A stretch of DNA of 64,000 nt, taken from the IMG/VR virus record IMGVR_UViG_3300025581_000001, positions 1 through 64,000 of that record; one strand, 5' to 3'. Positions 28,770-37,674 of this stretch are shown in pieces; positions within the stretch are counted from its first letter, which is position 1; each line of letters begins with the position of its first letter. Source of the DNA: a virus. The translations under genes and the position numbers were made by a program. The notes beneath the pieces are model-generated. The model was not told where the DNA came from, ran no database searches, and saw nothing but the letters and a program-made list of their open reading frames with translations.

Positions 28770-28988
28770 ATGGACAACATTAAGGTCGCGGCGATGCGGG
28801 CGACTATTGACGGCGCTGATCGCATTATTTTGCAGGCCGTCACGGTGTACGGGAGGCAATGGGTGCGTGCTCGTGAGGATATCTTGCAGGAAACGGCGCA
28901 GCGCATACACAACTCCAACGTCATTTGGCTGGGTTGGTTCGACGAAGTCGACCGTCCCAGCAAAACCCTTAACGTAAAGCCCAATTGA
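28770..28988 (+). CDS. Hypothetical protein
   Basis: GAGGAG SD. Confidence 0.5.
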   Translation: MDNIKVAAMRATIDGADRIILQAVTVYGRQWVRAREDILQETAQRIHNSNVIWLGWFDEVDRPSKTLNVKPN

Positions 28989-28999
28989 AGGAGCAAGCC

Positions 29000-29251
29000 A
29001 TGAAGAACGACGACAAGCCCGGATTCCAACGGGCGCAGCGGTTCGTGAAGCGCGACGCGCACCAGTTCAACGCGCAGCGCGAGCACCAGAAGCGGCTGAA
29101 GGCGAAGCGGCTGGATAATGCGCTTTTGGTTATCAGCAGATTTTTGCTGGCTGCTGACTGTGATATTTCCATAACTAACAAAACGTTTGCTGCTGTAGAG
29201 TATGCACGCAGTTTTGGATTCAACATATTGAAGGAGAAAGACAATGGCTAA
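29000..29251 (+). CDS. Hypothetical protein
   Basis: GAAGGAG SD. Confidence 0.5.
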   Translation: MKNDDKPGFQRAQRFVKRDAHQFNAQREHQKRLKAKRLDNALLVISRFLLAADCDISITNKTFAAVEYARSFGFNILKEKDNG

Positions 29252-30800
29252 GACAAAGATGCTGGAGCAGTTCGAAGCGGCGCGCTACGCGTCGACCCCT
29301 CTCATCGCTGTGCTCAGCGCCGACCCGCAGGCCACCATCGACTCGATTTGCGGGCTGCCCAAGCTCGAAGTCGATGAGCTGAAGAACCTCAGTGAGACCC
29401 CCATTGTGCAGTGGGACAGGATGCGTGGCGTCAGCGCATTGACCACCGAGGGCAGCAGGGGAATTGCGGCTGCTGGAATCAAGCCCAACGATGCCAAGCA
29501 GATCGTGAACCCTGCCGATGCCCTGATATTGGCAGCGCAGATGCCAGCCGGTACCATCTTCTTCATGCACGCCATGCACCTGTTCATCAAGGAGCCGGAC
29601 GTGCAGCAGGGTTTGTGGAATCTGCGTGACCAGTGCAAGGGAGACTTTCGCTCTATCGTGTCGCTGGCCCCCTCGCTCGACCTGCCCGAATTGCTGCGTT
29701 CGGATATGACCGTGTTCAACGAGCCGCTGCCGACCAGCGACGACCTGCGCACTCTGGTGAATGGCATCTCCCACGCCGCCCACGACCGTGACAAGTCGAT
29801 CAAGCTGCCGACGCCGCAGGAGATGGAGCGTGCGCTGGAGGCGCTGTGCGGACTGGCCGCGTTTCCCGCCGAGCAGGTCACCACCATGTGCATGACCGAC
29901 AAAGGGCTCGACTTCGAGATGATGTGGGAGCGCAAGCGGCAGGCTATCAACGCGACCCACGGCCTGAGCGTGTGGAAGGGCGACAAGGTCAATATCGGTG
30001 GGCTGGTGAACTCGCGGTCGTTTCTGTCGTCTATCATTGGTAACTTCTCCTGCATTGTGCTGCTCGACGAGTTGGAGAAGCTGACCGCAGGCGCGGGCAC
30101 CGACACCAGTGGCAGCACCACCAAGCAGGTTGGCTCGTTCCTGACCTGGTCGTCCGACCGCAAGATGAGCGGAGTGATGGCGATGGGCGTGCGCGGCGCT
30201 GGCAAGACCATCCTCGCCAAGTGGCTGGCCTCGCAGACCGGCAAGATGCTCATCGTCATGAATATCGCGGCGATGGAGGGCTCGCTGGTCGGTGAGTCGG
30301 TTGCCAATCTGGAGGCGTCGTTCAAGGTTATCGACGCGGTGGCAATGGTGAAGCCTCCGCTGTTCATCGGCACCACCAACAACGTGGAGGCGCTGTCGCC
30401 GGAGCTGCGCCGCCGCTTCAACCTGTGTACCTTCTTCTTCGACCTGCCGGATGGCGATGAGCGCAAGGAAATCTGGCCCATCCACCTGAAGGCTTATGAT
30501 GTGGCTGACCGGGCGCTGCCGGAAGACCACGGTTGGACGGGTGCGGAGATCGAGTCCTGCTGCCAGCTGGCGAAGCTGACTGGCAAGCCGCTGAAGCACG
30601 CGGCGCAGTTCATCGTGCCGGTGCTGCGCAGCTCGCCGGAGAGCGTGGACTACATGCGTTCGATGGCGCATCAGCGCTATGTGTCGGCGTCGCACGAGGG
30701 GCTGTACGAGTACAGCAGGATGAAGGAAGAGGAGACCCAGATAGCCAAGAAGCTGGTGCGTGCGATTGCTACCATGCCCAGCAAGCCAGCGGAGGCATGA
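29244..30800 (+). CDS. Ycf46-like AAA+ ATPase with permuted Walker B / Walker A order
   Basis: IVLLDELEK precedes GVRGAGKT; SLVGES, GTTNN, LSPELRRRF, FFFDLP..ER.EIW.IHL, WTGAEIE. Confidence 0.85.
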   Translation: MAKTKMLEQFEAARYASTPLIAVLSADPQATIDSICGLPKLEVDELKNLSETPIVQWDRMRGVSALTTEGSRGIAAAGIKPNDAKQIVNPADALILAAQMPAGTIFFMHAMHLFIKEPDVQQGLWNLRDQCKGDFRSIVSLAPSLDLPELLRSDMTVFNEPLPTSDDLRTLVNGISHAAHDRDKSIKLPTPQEMERALEALCGLAAFPAEQVTTMCMTDKGLDFEMMWERKRQAINATHGLSVWKGDKVNIGGLVNSRSFLSSIIGNFSCIVLLDELEKLTAGAGTDTSGSTTKQVGSFLTWSSDRKMSGVMAMGVRGAGKTILAKWLASQTGKMLIVMNIAAMEGSLVGESVANLEASFKVIDAVAMVKPPLFIGTTNNVEALSPELRRRFNLCTFFFDLPDGDERKEIWPIHLKAYDVADRALPEDHGWTGAEIESCCQLAKLTGKPLKHAAQFIVPVLRSSPESVDYMRSMAHQRYVSASHEGLYEYSRMKEEETQIAKKLVRAIATMPSKPAEA

Positions 30801-30801
30801 G

Positions 30802-31386
30802 ATGGCAACCTATAAGTACTGGTCGAGAGACTGGACTGATGATGAGGATGATGGCCCTGATTCTGATAACGACGCCGAGTGGACGGTGTGCGTCAGAGAT
30901 GACCTCAGGAGTGAACGGTATACAGTCGCAATCAATGAGTGGGATGACGACCTGCGTGGTCCCGGTTGGGGTTGGACGTGCTCCTGTCCCGCTTGGCGTC
31001 GAGCGAATCGCTTGGTGCGAAGCAAGATTGTAGATTGTAAACACATCCGCATGATAAAGCGGACTGAAGATGAGGTGCACGTTAACGCTATGCTGGCACA
31101 TACCGAGTCTCTGGCCGAGGGTGCTGCAATTGCTATGGAAAATGCTGGATTCTTCGTATGCGATGACTGCACTACGATACTGACACGAATGGGTGCGGCA
31201 CATCCCTGCATGAATTTCTCAGGTGATTCTGTGAATATTCCAGCACAGAGCATCAAGTTCCGGTTGGTTTCACGCAAGAAGAAAGGAGAAGTGAAAGCGG
31301 TGCCGGTAGTCGAGCATGTGCTGCTGGTGCAGCCGGTCAAGCGGGTGTTTGCTCTCCGGCCCAGAAGCGGGGTGCCACATGGCTGA
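30802..31386 (+). CDS. SWIM zinc-finger protein
   Basis: WTCSCPAW...DCKHI. Confidence 0.75.
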   Translation: MATYKYWSRDWTDDEDDGPDSDNDAEWTVCVRDDLRSERYTVAINEWDDDLRGPGWGWTCSCPAWRRANRLVRSKIVDCKHIRMIKRTEDEVHVNAMLAHTESLAEGAAIAMENAGFFVCDDCTTILTRMGAAHPCMNFSGDSVNIPAQSIKFRLVSRKKKGEVKAVPVVEHVLLVQPVKRVFALRPRSGVPHG

Positions 31387-32293
31387 CCGAGTGTTTGCTG
31401 ACATTCAGCCTGATAGCTGGTGCAGACAATCGCATCCCGAGAAGCAACCGGACGAGGAGTGGGAGAGCAACACAATTCTTCCATCGAATTACTCAGAACC
31501 AAAGTACCGGATAGGAGTACAAGCCTACGATATCGCAGGTAGACCATGTTCTGGCGTACCAGTGTTCCGAAAGAAGGTAGAGATGGCTACTAAGAACAAC
31601 GAGTACAGCTACGTGCGCTTGAGCGGCCAGAAGGAGTGGGTGTTGCGCTGGCAGGTGACCAAGTTGGTCACTGACAAGCTGAGGCGGTACGTGGTAGCGA
31701 TGAAGGCGGACGGGACATGGGGCTGTGCCTGCCCAGCGTGGACGATGGCCAGCAAGCAGTTCAAGTTCGCGACTAACGGAGTGCGTCCCGATTGCAAGCA
31801 CATTAAGATGATTCAAGGGTCGGAGTCACAGTCGTACATCAACGACAGGATAACAGCAGTGTGGAAGCTGAAGGGTCAGATGTTCGGCAGTTCGAGTTCA
31901 ATTGCCAGTCGGTGGGCAGCCGACCCGAACGAAATGAAGGCGGAACTGAATCAGGCTATCGGCAAGGGCTTTTCACCAGGGAGTAAGACGATTCATAATT
32001 CATTTTTCAATCAAGAAAAACTGCAAAGGGCGCAGCAAGAGGTGAAAGCGGAGCAGCAGCGAGAGTACGGAACCTGCCCCGATTGCGGTAAGCGATTTCC
32101 GAAGCATTTACTGCTGGAAACATTGAGTGCTGGGCGTTGCTTCTCCTGCTATGACATGGAGATGCGGCGCATCAACGAAATGAATGCTCTGGCCGATAAG
32201 GTGAAGGCGCAGCAGCGGACGGAGCAGGCCGAACTCGACTCGATGATCGTGCAGACGAAGAAGCGGGTCGTTCACATACGAAAGAGAGGGTAA
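31379..32293 (+). CDS. SWIM zinc-finger protein with a second zinc ribbon
   Basis: WGCACPAW...DCKHI; CPDCG...CFSC. Confidence 0.7.
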   Translation: MADRVFADIQPDSWCRQSHPEKQPDEEWESNTILPSNYSEPKYRIGVQAYDIAGRPCSGVPVFRKKVEMATKNNEYSYVRLSGQKEWVLRWQVTKLVTDKLRRYVVAMKADGTWGCACPAWTMASKQFKFATNGVRPDCKHIKMIQGSESQSYINDRITAVWKLKGQMFGSSSSIASRWAADPNEMKAELNQAIGKGFSPGSKTIHNSFFNQEKLQRAQQEVKAEQQREYGTCPDCGKRFPKHLLLETLSAGRCFSCYDMEMRRINEMNALADKVKAQQRTEQAELDSMIVQTKKRVVHIRKRG

Positions 32294-32297
32294 CTAT

Positions 32298-32738
32298 ACG
32301 TCACATGTAGCCAGTATCGAATTGGAGATCAAGGACTTGGACGCGCTGGAGGAAGCCTGCGAGACGCTGGGCTTGCAGTTGGTGCGCGGCCAGAAGACGT
32401 ACAAATGGTGGGGCCACAGCGTTGGCGACTACCCTTTACCACATGGCTTCAAAGCCAGCGACTTGGGCAATAGTGAGCATGCCATCCGCATACCCGGCGA
32501 CAAGAACGCCTACGAGATTGGCGTGGTGCCTCGGCGCGACGGCAAGCCGGGCTATACCCTACTGTGGGACTTCTACGCCGGGGGCTACGGCATGGAAGCG
32601 AAGGTCGGCAAGGACGCGTGCAAGCTGAAGCAGGCGTACAGCGCAGCCGTTGCCACCCGCCACTACCGCAAGCTGGGCTACCGCGTTAGCGTCGAGAAGA
32701 AGGAAGGAGAAAGGCTGGTGGTCAAATGCCGCAAGTAA
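32298..32738 (+). CDS. DUF1257/Ycf35-like protein (apparent ACG start)
   Basis: (M)SHVASIELEIKDLDALEEACETLG...YEIG...Y.L.WD...LKQAY. Confidence 0.75.
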   Translation, partial: TSHVASIELEIKDLDALEEACETLGLQLVRGQKTYKWWGHSVGDYPLPHGFKASDLGNSEHAIRIPGDKNAYEIGVVPRRDGKPGYTLLWDFYAGGYGMEAKVGKDACKLKQAYSAAVATRHYRKLGYRVSVEKKEGERLVVKCRK

Positions 32739-32908
32739 ATCAAATCACAACGACGGAATTGTGGAAGCGTCAGTTGTTATGTATTGCTGATGACCATCGC
32801 AAGAAGTGCGACGGGGCAACCTGCAATATTATGCTGTCGACGCTGTTGTTTGTGGGTCTGGCTGCTGGTTTGCAGTTTACCGATGAAGAAAGATTGAGGT
32901 TTTCGTAA
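32726..32908 (+). CDS. Small hypothetical protein
   Basis: 60-aa ORF filling the gap between neighbours. Confidence 0.4.
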   Translation: MPQVNQITTTELWKRQLLCIADDHRKKCDGATCNIMLSTLLFVGLAAGLQFTDEERLRFS

Positions 32909-33099
32909 TGGCACAAGAAATCACCATCGACATTCCATTGCACGGCGAGATCAGCGTGAGCGTCGCCGGAGTCAAGGGCAAATCTTGCAAGGACGTTACC
33001 AAGGCGCTGGAAGCTGCGCTGGGCACCACAACCAAGGACGAATTGACGAGGGAGGCATATGAACAGCCCGAGCGAGTTCTCAATAGCAATCGACGTTGA
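32908..33099 (+). CDS. DUF2997-like small protein
   Basis: ITIDI..HGEISVSV.GVKGKSC...T..LE.ALG...T.E.Y. Confidence 0.8.
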   Translation: MAQEITIDIPLHGEISVSVAGVKGKSCKDVTKALEAALGTTTKDELTREAYEQPERVLNSNRR

Positions 33100-33313
33100 T
33101 GGTGTTGCGTCGATGATCTACTCGGATGAGCACGCTGAGTTCCTGCGCACGGGTACGACGACCGTGCGCCGCGCTTCTCACGTTGAGCCTGCGCCGCAGG
33201 GTGGCTGGACGGCGGATATGTCGCCAGTCGGAGGTCCACTACTTGGGCCGTTCGATTTGCGGCAGCAAGCGCTCGACGCCGAAGTCGAGTACCTCAAACA
33301 ACTGTTGTTCTAA
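33059..33313 (+). CDS. Conserved hypothetical protein of AAA/DUF1257/DUF2997 clusters
   Basis: RRASHVEP...WTADMSPVGGPLLGPF..R..AL.AEV.YL motif (recalled, not searched). Confidence 0.65.
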   Translation: MNSPSEFSIAIDVDGVASMIYSDEHAEFLRTGTTTVRRASHVEPAPQGGWTADMSPVGGPLLGPFDLRQQALDAEVEYLKQLLF

Positions 33314-33331
33314 CCGATGAAGGAGAGCAAG

Positions 33332-33658
33332 ATGGCGAAAAAGAAAAGCAGGCTAATCTCCAAGGTGACAGGCGAGGAGATATCAGTCAAATCGGTAACC
33401 GCAAATCTCGCTTCCAGTGGTTTGTTCGATAAGCGAGTGATGAATGCACAGATTGCAAACAACAAGCATCTTCGCAGTATCGTTCCTACGGCGACGATGC
33501 TGAATGTGGATACAGAGGAGCAAAGCTTTTTGCTTAAATGCGAGCTTGGTTCCTACATTATTGAACTCATCAGCCAGTATCACGAAAAGGCGAAGATGAC
33601 CGGCCCAGCAGTAGCGAAATGCTTGTTGGATTGCATTATCACCGTGTTGGAGAAGTAA
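33332..33658 (+). CDS. Hypothetical protein
   Basis: GAAGGAG SD. Confidence 0.5.
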   Translation: MAKKKSRLISKVTGEEISVKSVTANLASSGLFDKRVMNAQIANNKHLRSIVPTATMLNVDTEEQSFLLKCELGSYIIELISQYHEKAKMTGPAVAKCLLDCIITVLEK

Positions 33659-33680
33659 TCACGCATTGAAGGAGATCAAG

Positions 33681-34619
33681 ATGGCAAGCGCAAAAGAAAA
33701 CGTGGTAACCATGCCGACCAAGGCCAGCAACATCTTCGAGGAAGCGGTCGCGATGGTTGTTGACCTGGGCAAGCTGGGCCGCACCCGCAAGCTGAAGGGC
33801 GGGGCCTACGAGGTCGAGGGCACCGACAAGGAGCGCACCCAGGCCAGCAAGAAGCTGCTGCAGTGCGACGAGTTCGAGGACATCGTGCGCTTCGACAACC
33901 GCACCCGCTTCAAGATGGCAACCTTGAGCGTCAGCGCCAGCGAGTTCCGCGAGGGCGTATGGATGGTCAAGCTGTGCAATTACAACAAGGTCGTTAAGAT
34001 GCTCAAGGAGCGCCGCGCCGAGCGGTTGGAGCTGGTGGACGCACTGATGAAGAAGTACAAGCAGGCGCAGCAGGACGACGCGGAAGCGCTGGGGCCGAAC
34101 TTCAATCCCGCCGACTACCCGTCGGAGGACGAGGCCCGTGCCCGCTTCCGCATGGACTGGTACAGCATCCAGTTTTCGACGCCCAGTTCGGTGAAGAGCA
34201 TCTCGCGGCAGGCGTGGGAGGAGGAGAGCAACAGCATGAAGGAGATGGTGCGCGACATGACCACCGACTTCCAGAAGACGCTGTGCGTCGAGATGCAGGC
34301 GGTGGTTGACCACATGCTGGAGTGCGTGCAGGGCAACCTGAACGGCAAGAAGCGGAAGTTCAACTCCGACTTGGTGGACAAGGCGGTCGAGTTCTTCGAC
34401 AACCTGCCTGGCCGGAACATCACCAACGTCGCCGAGCTGGATAAGCTGGCCAAGCAAGCCGCGAGCATCCTGGTGGGCGTGGAGTCGCAGGACATCCGTG
34501 ACCGCAGTGCGGTGCGCAAGGAAGTGGCGGCGGGCTTTACCGAGATCAAGGCGACGCTGGAGACGCTGGTGGTCGACAAGCCGAGGCGGGCCGTGGCCAT
34601 CAGGAAGAAGGAGGCATGA
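33681..34619 (+). CDS. DUF3150-like helical protein
   Basis: ASKKLL, LGPNFNPADYPS..E.RARF; context of the AAA module. Confidence 0.55.
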   Translation: MASAKENVVTMPTKASNIFEEAVAMVVDLGKLGRTRKLKGGAYEVEGTDKERTQASKKLLQCDEFEDIVRFDNRTRFKMATLSVSASEFREGVWMVKLCNYNKVVKMLKERRAERLELVDALMKKYKQAQQDDAEALGPNFNPADYPSEDEARARFRMDWYSIQFSTPSSVKSISRQAWEEESNSMKEMVRDMTTDFQKTLCVEMQAVVDHMLECVQGNLNGKKRKFNSDLVDKAVEFFDNLPGRNITNVAELDKLAKQAASILVGVESQDIRDRSAVRKEVAAGFTEIKATLETLVVDKPRRAVAIRKKEA

Positions 34620-34939
34620 TGACACTTTTAGATAGGTGTTGGATTGGGATACTTCTTTTGTTGTTACTAGAGCCAAGAATAAAAGACATGAGCTGGTTTG
34701 ATGCTGTAGTTTTTTTCTTGGCCATGTTGTTTTGCTTGTGGTCAACTTGGGAAAGTAGAAAAAAGGAGTATAGCGATGGCAAGGAAAAGCGTTAATCCGA
34801 ACGACCGTAAGAAGTCGCAGTGCGTAGAGGCAAAACAAATGCGTCGTGCGGTCATTGAGATCCCCGAGCGTCGCGAGCATCGGCAGGTGCTGCGCGAGCA
34901 GACTGGCATCGAGTCGCGCAAGCCGAGAAAGGAATCGTA

Positions 34940-35260
34940 ATGCCAAAACTGAAAGAAAGTAAGTTCAAGTTGAACCTCAAACGGAAGTTGCCAAAACGGT
35001 GTCCGTCGAAGTGCCCATTCTGCGGTATGCAATGCTTGGGTGCGATGGCTCACATTGGAACCGTAGAGCACCAGTGCAACGAACACTTCTGGATTGTTGG
35101 CTCGCTCAAGGCCTTGTTCGTTCGGAATGTCTACCGGGCGATTCTGGAGCTTGCGCATCAGGTTGATGATATAACGAAGAACGACCAACTCGTTGCGGAA
35201 AAGACAGGCTTCGAGTCCGGCTACGAAGCAGGCTTCAAAGATGGAAGGAGAGTGAGATGA
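34940..35260 (+). CDS. Hypothetical zinc-ribbon protein
   Basis: CPFCG...CNEH; GFESGYEAGFKDG. Confidence 0.5.
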   Translation: MPKLKESKFKLNLKRKLPKRCPSKCPFCGMQCLGAMAHIGTVEHQCNEHFWIVGSLKALFVRNVYRAILELAHQVDDITKNDQLVAEKTGFESGYEAGFKDGRRVR

Positions 35261-35550
35261 GAGGTTTCGAAGCGGTGCGCTTGCAGGTGCAGGAGTATCA
35301 GCAGGCGCACTCTAAGCCCCCGGATGCGAGGGATGCTCGCAAGCTGGCGAAGCAGTTCACCAGTAACTTGCGGGGTCGCTCTGACGAGAACTACTGGTTC
35401 GTGTGGGCCGCTTGTGCGCTGCTAAACCATGAGCCGTTCTGCCGCTATTGGAGACGGCCCAAGGCGACGGCGGAAGACCAGCGCAAGCGCATGGCAGCGC
35501 GGGCTAAGGCGGTGGTGTCTGCAATGGAGGCCAAACGTGGGCTACCATAG
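35257..35550 (+). CDS. Hypothetical protein
   Basis: Coupled ORF. Confidence 0.5.
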   Translation: MRGFEAVRLQVQEYQQAHSKPPDARDARKLAKQFTSNLRGRSDENYWFVWAACALLNHEPFCRYWRRPKATAEDQRKRMAARAKAVVSAMEAKRGLP

Positions 35551-35794
35551 CGCCATAAAACGGCAACTGTTGCGTCCACGTTGCGCCGTGGCGCATCGAA
35601 CCATGCGGTATGGCAGTGGTAGGCTGGCATTCCGCCGGGGCGACGCCGTGGCGATTGTGACCCCCGACTTGGGGCCGTTCTACGTGTTCAAGGCGGGCGC
35701 GACGGCGGATGACTTCGAGCACGGCAAAGGGTTGCTCTACACTTACGATTCTCAACAAGAGTTAAGACGGTACGTGGTGGAGGAGGAAGCATGA
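35537..35794 (+). CDS. Hypothetical protein
   Basis: GGAGG SD before GTG 35537. Confidence 0.45.
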   Translation: MGYHSAIKRQLLRPRCAVAHRTMRYGSGRLAFRRGDAVAIVTPDLGPFYVFKAGATADDFEHGKGLLYTYDSQQELRRYVVEEEA

Positions 35795-35988
35795 AGAGTT
35801 TAGTAGGGAAAGTATGTGTCGATGACCAGATGGTCGATGTAAATGCACCGATTGAAGTCGAGGTCGCGATTAGTGTAAACGGTAAAACGCTGTGGGTAAA
35901 CGTCGACGGTATTTGTCGCTTGCGATGCTGCCAGATGAAGCCGAAGGTAATTCGGTTTGACGACAGACGAAAGAGAGGCAAGCTGTGA
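35791..35988 (+). CDS. Hypothetical protein
   Basis: GGAGG SD; coupled. Confidence 0.5.
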   Translation: MKSLVGKVCVDDQMVDVNAPIEVEVAISVNGKTLWVNVDGICRLRCCQMKPKVIRFDDRRKRGKL

Positions 35989-36854
35989 AGCTGAAACACA
36001 CGAGTACGACTTTCCGGCACTCGCGCAAGCCGGTGCCGCAAGAAGACCCGACGGTGCAGAGTCCCGACCGTCGCAAGCTGAAGGGCATCTACCGCAGCAT
36101 CACCAGCGCGACCGACGAGGTGCGCGCCGAGGGGTTGGCCAAGGCGCTGCACTGGTACGACGGCGCGTGGGCGTGGTTGCAGCAGGACAAGAAGAAAAAG
36201 CCGCTGCTGACGATGGAGTCTCTTAAGCTGGTCAACGACGCCAACAAGCACCGCCAGCACGCGCATGAGCATTACGACGACTTGGGCATCCGCGAGCAGT
36301 CATTGCGCCATGCCATCGCCTGCTACGAGTTAGCAGTTCGCAAGCCACTGCCTACCAAGAAGGTGGCCGACCTGTACGACATGCTGGACAAGCGCAAGGT
36401 GCGGTTAGACAAGCGCGAGGAGAGGCTGTCGCACATCTACAAGAAGGTGCTCGATGAGCTGTTCGACGCGTTCAAGCCCAAGAACGGGCGCGGCGAGGCG
36501 ATAAAGTACCGGGTTTGTGATGATCCGAGGGGTGATGGTAATCCCGAGAGACGACCACGGTGGACAACGCAGGCCATTCGCATAATGAACTACACGCATG
36601 AGCACGCTAAGTGGATGACCCGCACGGTGCGCAGCGAGGGCTGGCTCGGCGTGCTGAACGAGGAGGTGCAGTGGCTGGCCCACTTGTCGCTGGCCAAGTG
36701 GGACATGGATAAGGGGAAGCTGAAGGTGGTCAACCCCGACTTGGGCAACGCCATCAAGAAGCTGATGGAGAACGTGCGCCGGTACGCCGTCGCCAACCCG
36801 AAGTTCGCGCTGCGGCTGGTCAAGGGGCGGCGCAGAAAGAAGGTGGTTGTATGA
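35985..36854 (+). CDS. Hypothetical basic helical protein
   Basis: 289-aa ORF with high-GC3 codon usage. Confidence 0.65.
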   Translation: MKLKHTSTTFRHSRKPVPQEDPTVQSPDRRKLKGIYRSITSATDEVRAEGLAKALHWYDGAWAWLQQDKKKKPLLTMESLKLVNDANKHRQHAHEHYDDLGIREQSLRHAIACYELAVRKPLPTKKVADLYDMLDKRKVRLDKREERLSHIYKKVLDELFDAFKPKNGRGEAIKYRVCDDPRGDGNPERRPRWTTQAIRIMNYTHEHAKWMTRTVRSEGWLGVLNEEVQWLAHLSLAKWDMDKGKLKVVNPDLGNAIKKLMENVRRYAVANPKFALRLVKGRRRKKVVV

Positions 36855-37165
36855 GTGAAAGCGTGAAGCAAAATGATGTGGGTACGAAAAATCATCTGGA
36901 TGCTTTGCATGCGTGGATGGAGTTGCAGGATACCGAGGCCTTCATGGTACTGGGAGCGGCACGGCAGATCGATGGGTTTAACGTCGAGCATGTGAAGTCG
37001 CTGAGCAAGCAATTGCTACAGACTCCAGAAGAAGGGAAATTTACCACAGTGGAGGTTGCGCTTGCATTTCAGTATGCGTTATCTTTTCTGTGCAATCAGA
37101 TGATCAGGAAGACGGATTATCTGCTCGAATTGCTACACCAGAAGGGTGGAAAGGTGGACGCATGA
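36851..37165 (+). CDS. Hypothetical protein
   Basis: Coupled ORF. Confidence 0.5.
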   Translation: MSESVKQNDVGTKNHLDALHAWMELQDTEAFMVLGAARQIDGFNVEHVKSLSKQLLQTPEEGKFTTVEVALAFQYALSFLCNQMIRKTDYLLELLHQKGGKVDA

Positions 37166-37244
37166 TGTGCGTAATTGCTGTGCTTAGTGCAATTGCTGCT
37201 GCTGCGATTGTGTATTTTCTAAGAAATGAAGGGGGTGATTTCTG

Positions 37245-37493
37245 ATGTGGCTGACCATCGTGCTCCTGCTGCTGTTCTGCTGGTTGGTATACCGCAGGCA
37301 GCGGCGCATCGAGCGGCGACGGGCGAAGCAGTGGCAGCAAGAAGATGACTGGCTGAAGTTGTCGCAACCTGACCGTGAGGCGCTGGCTCGCATTGAGAAG
37401 CGGCTCGACGAGTTGCTCAGGCAGCAGGAAGAGGACTGGGTGAAGCTGTCGGCAGCCGCTGCGATGGACAAGAAAACAGATGCACCTAACTGA
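37245..37493 (+). CDS. Small membrane-anchored protein
   Basis: N-terminal TM segment; QQE(D/E)DW(L/V)KLS occurs twice. Confidence 0.5.
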   Translation: MWLTIVLLLLFCWLVYRRQRRIERRRAKQWQQEDDWLKLSQPDREALARIEKRLDELLRQQEEDWVKLSAAAAMDKKTDAPN

Positions 37494-37674
37494 GACTGGA
37501 GCAGAACATGCAGAACATGACAGAGGTTGAGGCGCTGCGCAAGTACTTAGCATTAACTGGCGATTGGACTATTGCGGTGTCTGATGGCCACCCACAACCG
37601 TGTTCCTGCCCAATTTGTGAAGCAAGCATTATTGTAGTTGGTCTGGGGCATAAAGCGGTAAAAAAGGAGAAGTG

